Assembly (NCBI GenBank): GCA_035405645.1
Contig: DAONJL010000010.1
Coordinates: 2,836-66,835, forward strand
Direction: 5' to 3'
DNA from: a bacterium
GTDB lineage: Bacteria > JAGOBX01 > DAONJL01
DNA length: 64,000 nt
Below the pieces are notes generated by a model. It was given only the letters and a program-made list of their open reading frames with translations. It was not told the DNA's origin and made no database searches. Positions 63,961 to 64,000 of the stretch are shown here, in pieces. Positions within the stretch are counted from its first letter, which is position 1. Each line of letters starts with the position of its first letter. Position numbers and translations under genes: made by a program.

Positions 63961-64000
63961 GGGGGCGTAGTTCAGTTTGGTTAGAACGCCTGCCTGTCAC
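63961..64000 (+). tRNA. tRNA-Asp(GTC), 5' half (truncated by window end)
   Basis: GGGGGCG-TA-GTTC-AGTTTGGTTA-GAAC-G-CCTGC-CT-GTC-AC. Confidence 0.9.

Overview
Chromosomal window from a very AT-rich (roughly one quarter G+C, judged by eye) diderm bacterium, probably an uncultured deep-branching lineage. Almost all genes lie on the minus strand, which is strongly purine-rich. Positions 1-20.1 kb hold the ancestral translation/transcription superoperon (rpmG, tRNA-Trp, secE, nusG, rplKAJL, rpoBC, rpsLG, fusA, tuf, start of the S10 operon up to a partial rplP). It includes an rpmG missed by the ORF track, a divergent EF-G, an EF-Tu with a switch-I insertion and a long RNA hairpin between rpsG and fusA. 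Positions 20-36 kb are mixed: HD-GYP, outer-membrane barrel, flavin reductase, methyltransferase, argH, a heptad-repeat/nuclease-like protein, an orphan CheY plus radical SAM, and an lptE-holA-small membrane protein-two DegT-UXS-GT2 operon in which one DegT lacks its catalytic Lys. A composite repeat element sits at 35.9-36.3 kb. Positions 36-47 kb are a chemosensory cluster (STAS, CheY, double-Hpt CheA, CheW, HEAT protein, CheR, CheB, and a very long CZB-containing MCP interrupted by one in-frame TAA). Positions 47-60 kb hold an M50 peptidase, comF, pgsA, rimO, topA, dprA and a batABCDE locus without moxR/DUF58. Positions 60-64 kb hold two exported phospholipase-D-superfamily proteins (one with a tandem novel domain and a ComEA-like HhH insert) and a partial tRNA-Asp. 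No CRISPR array, rRNA or transposase was seen. All family assignments are by motif recognition, not database search.
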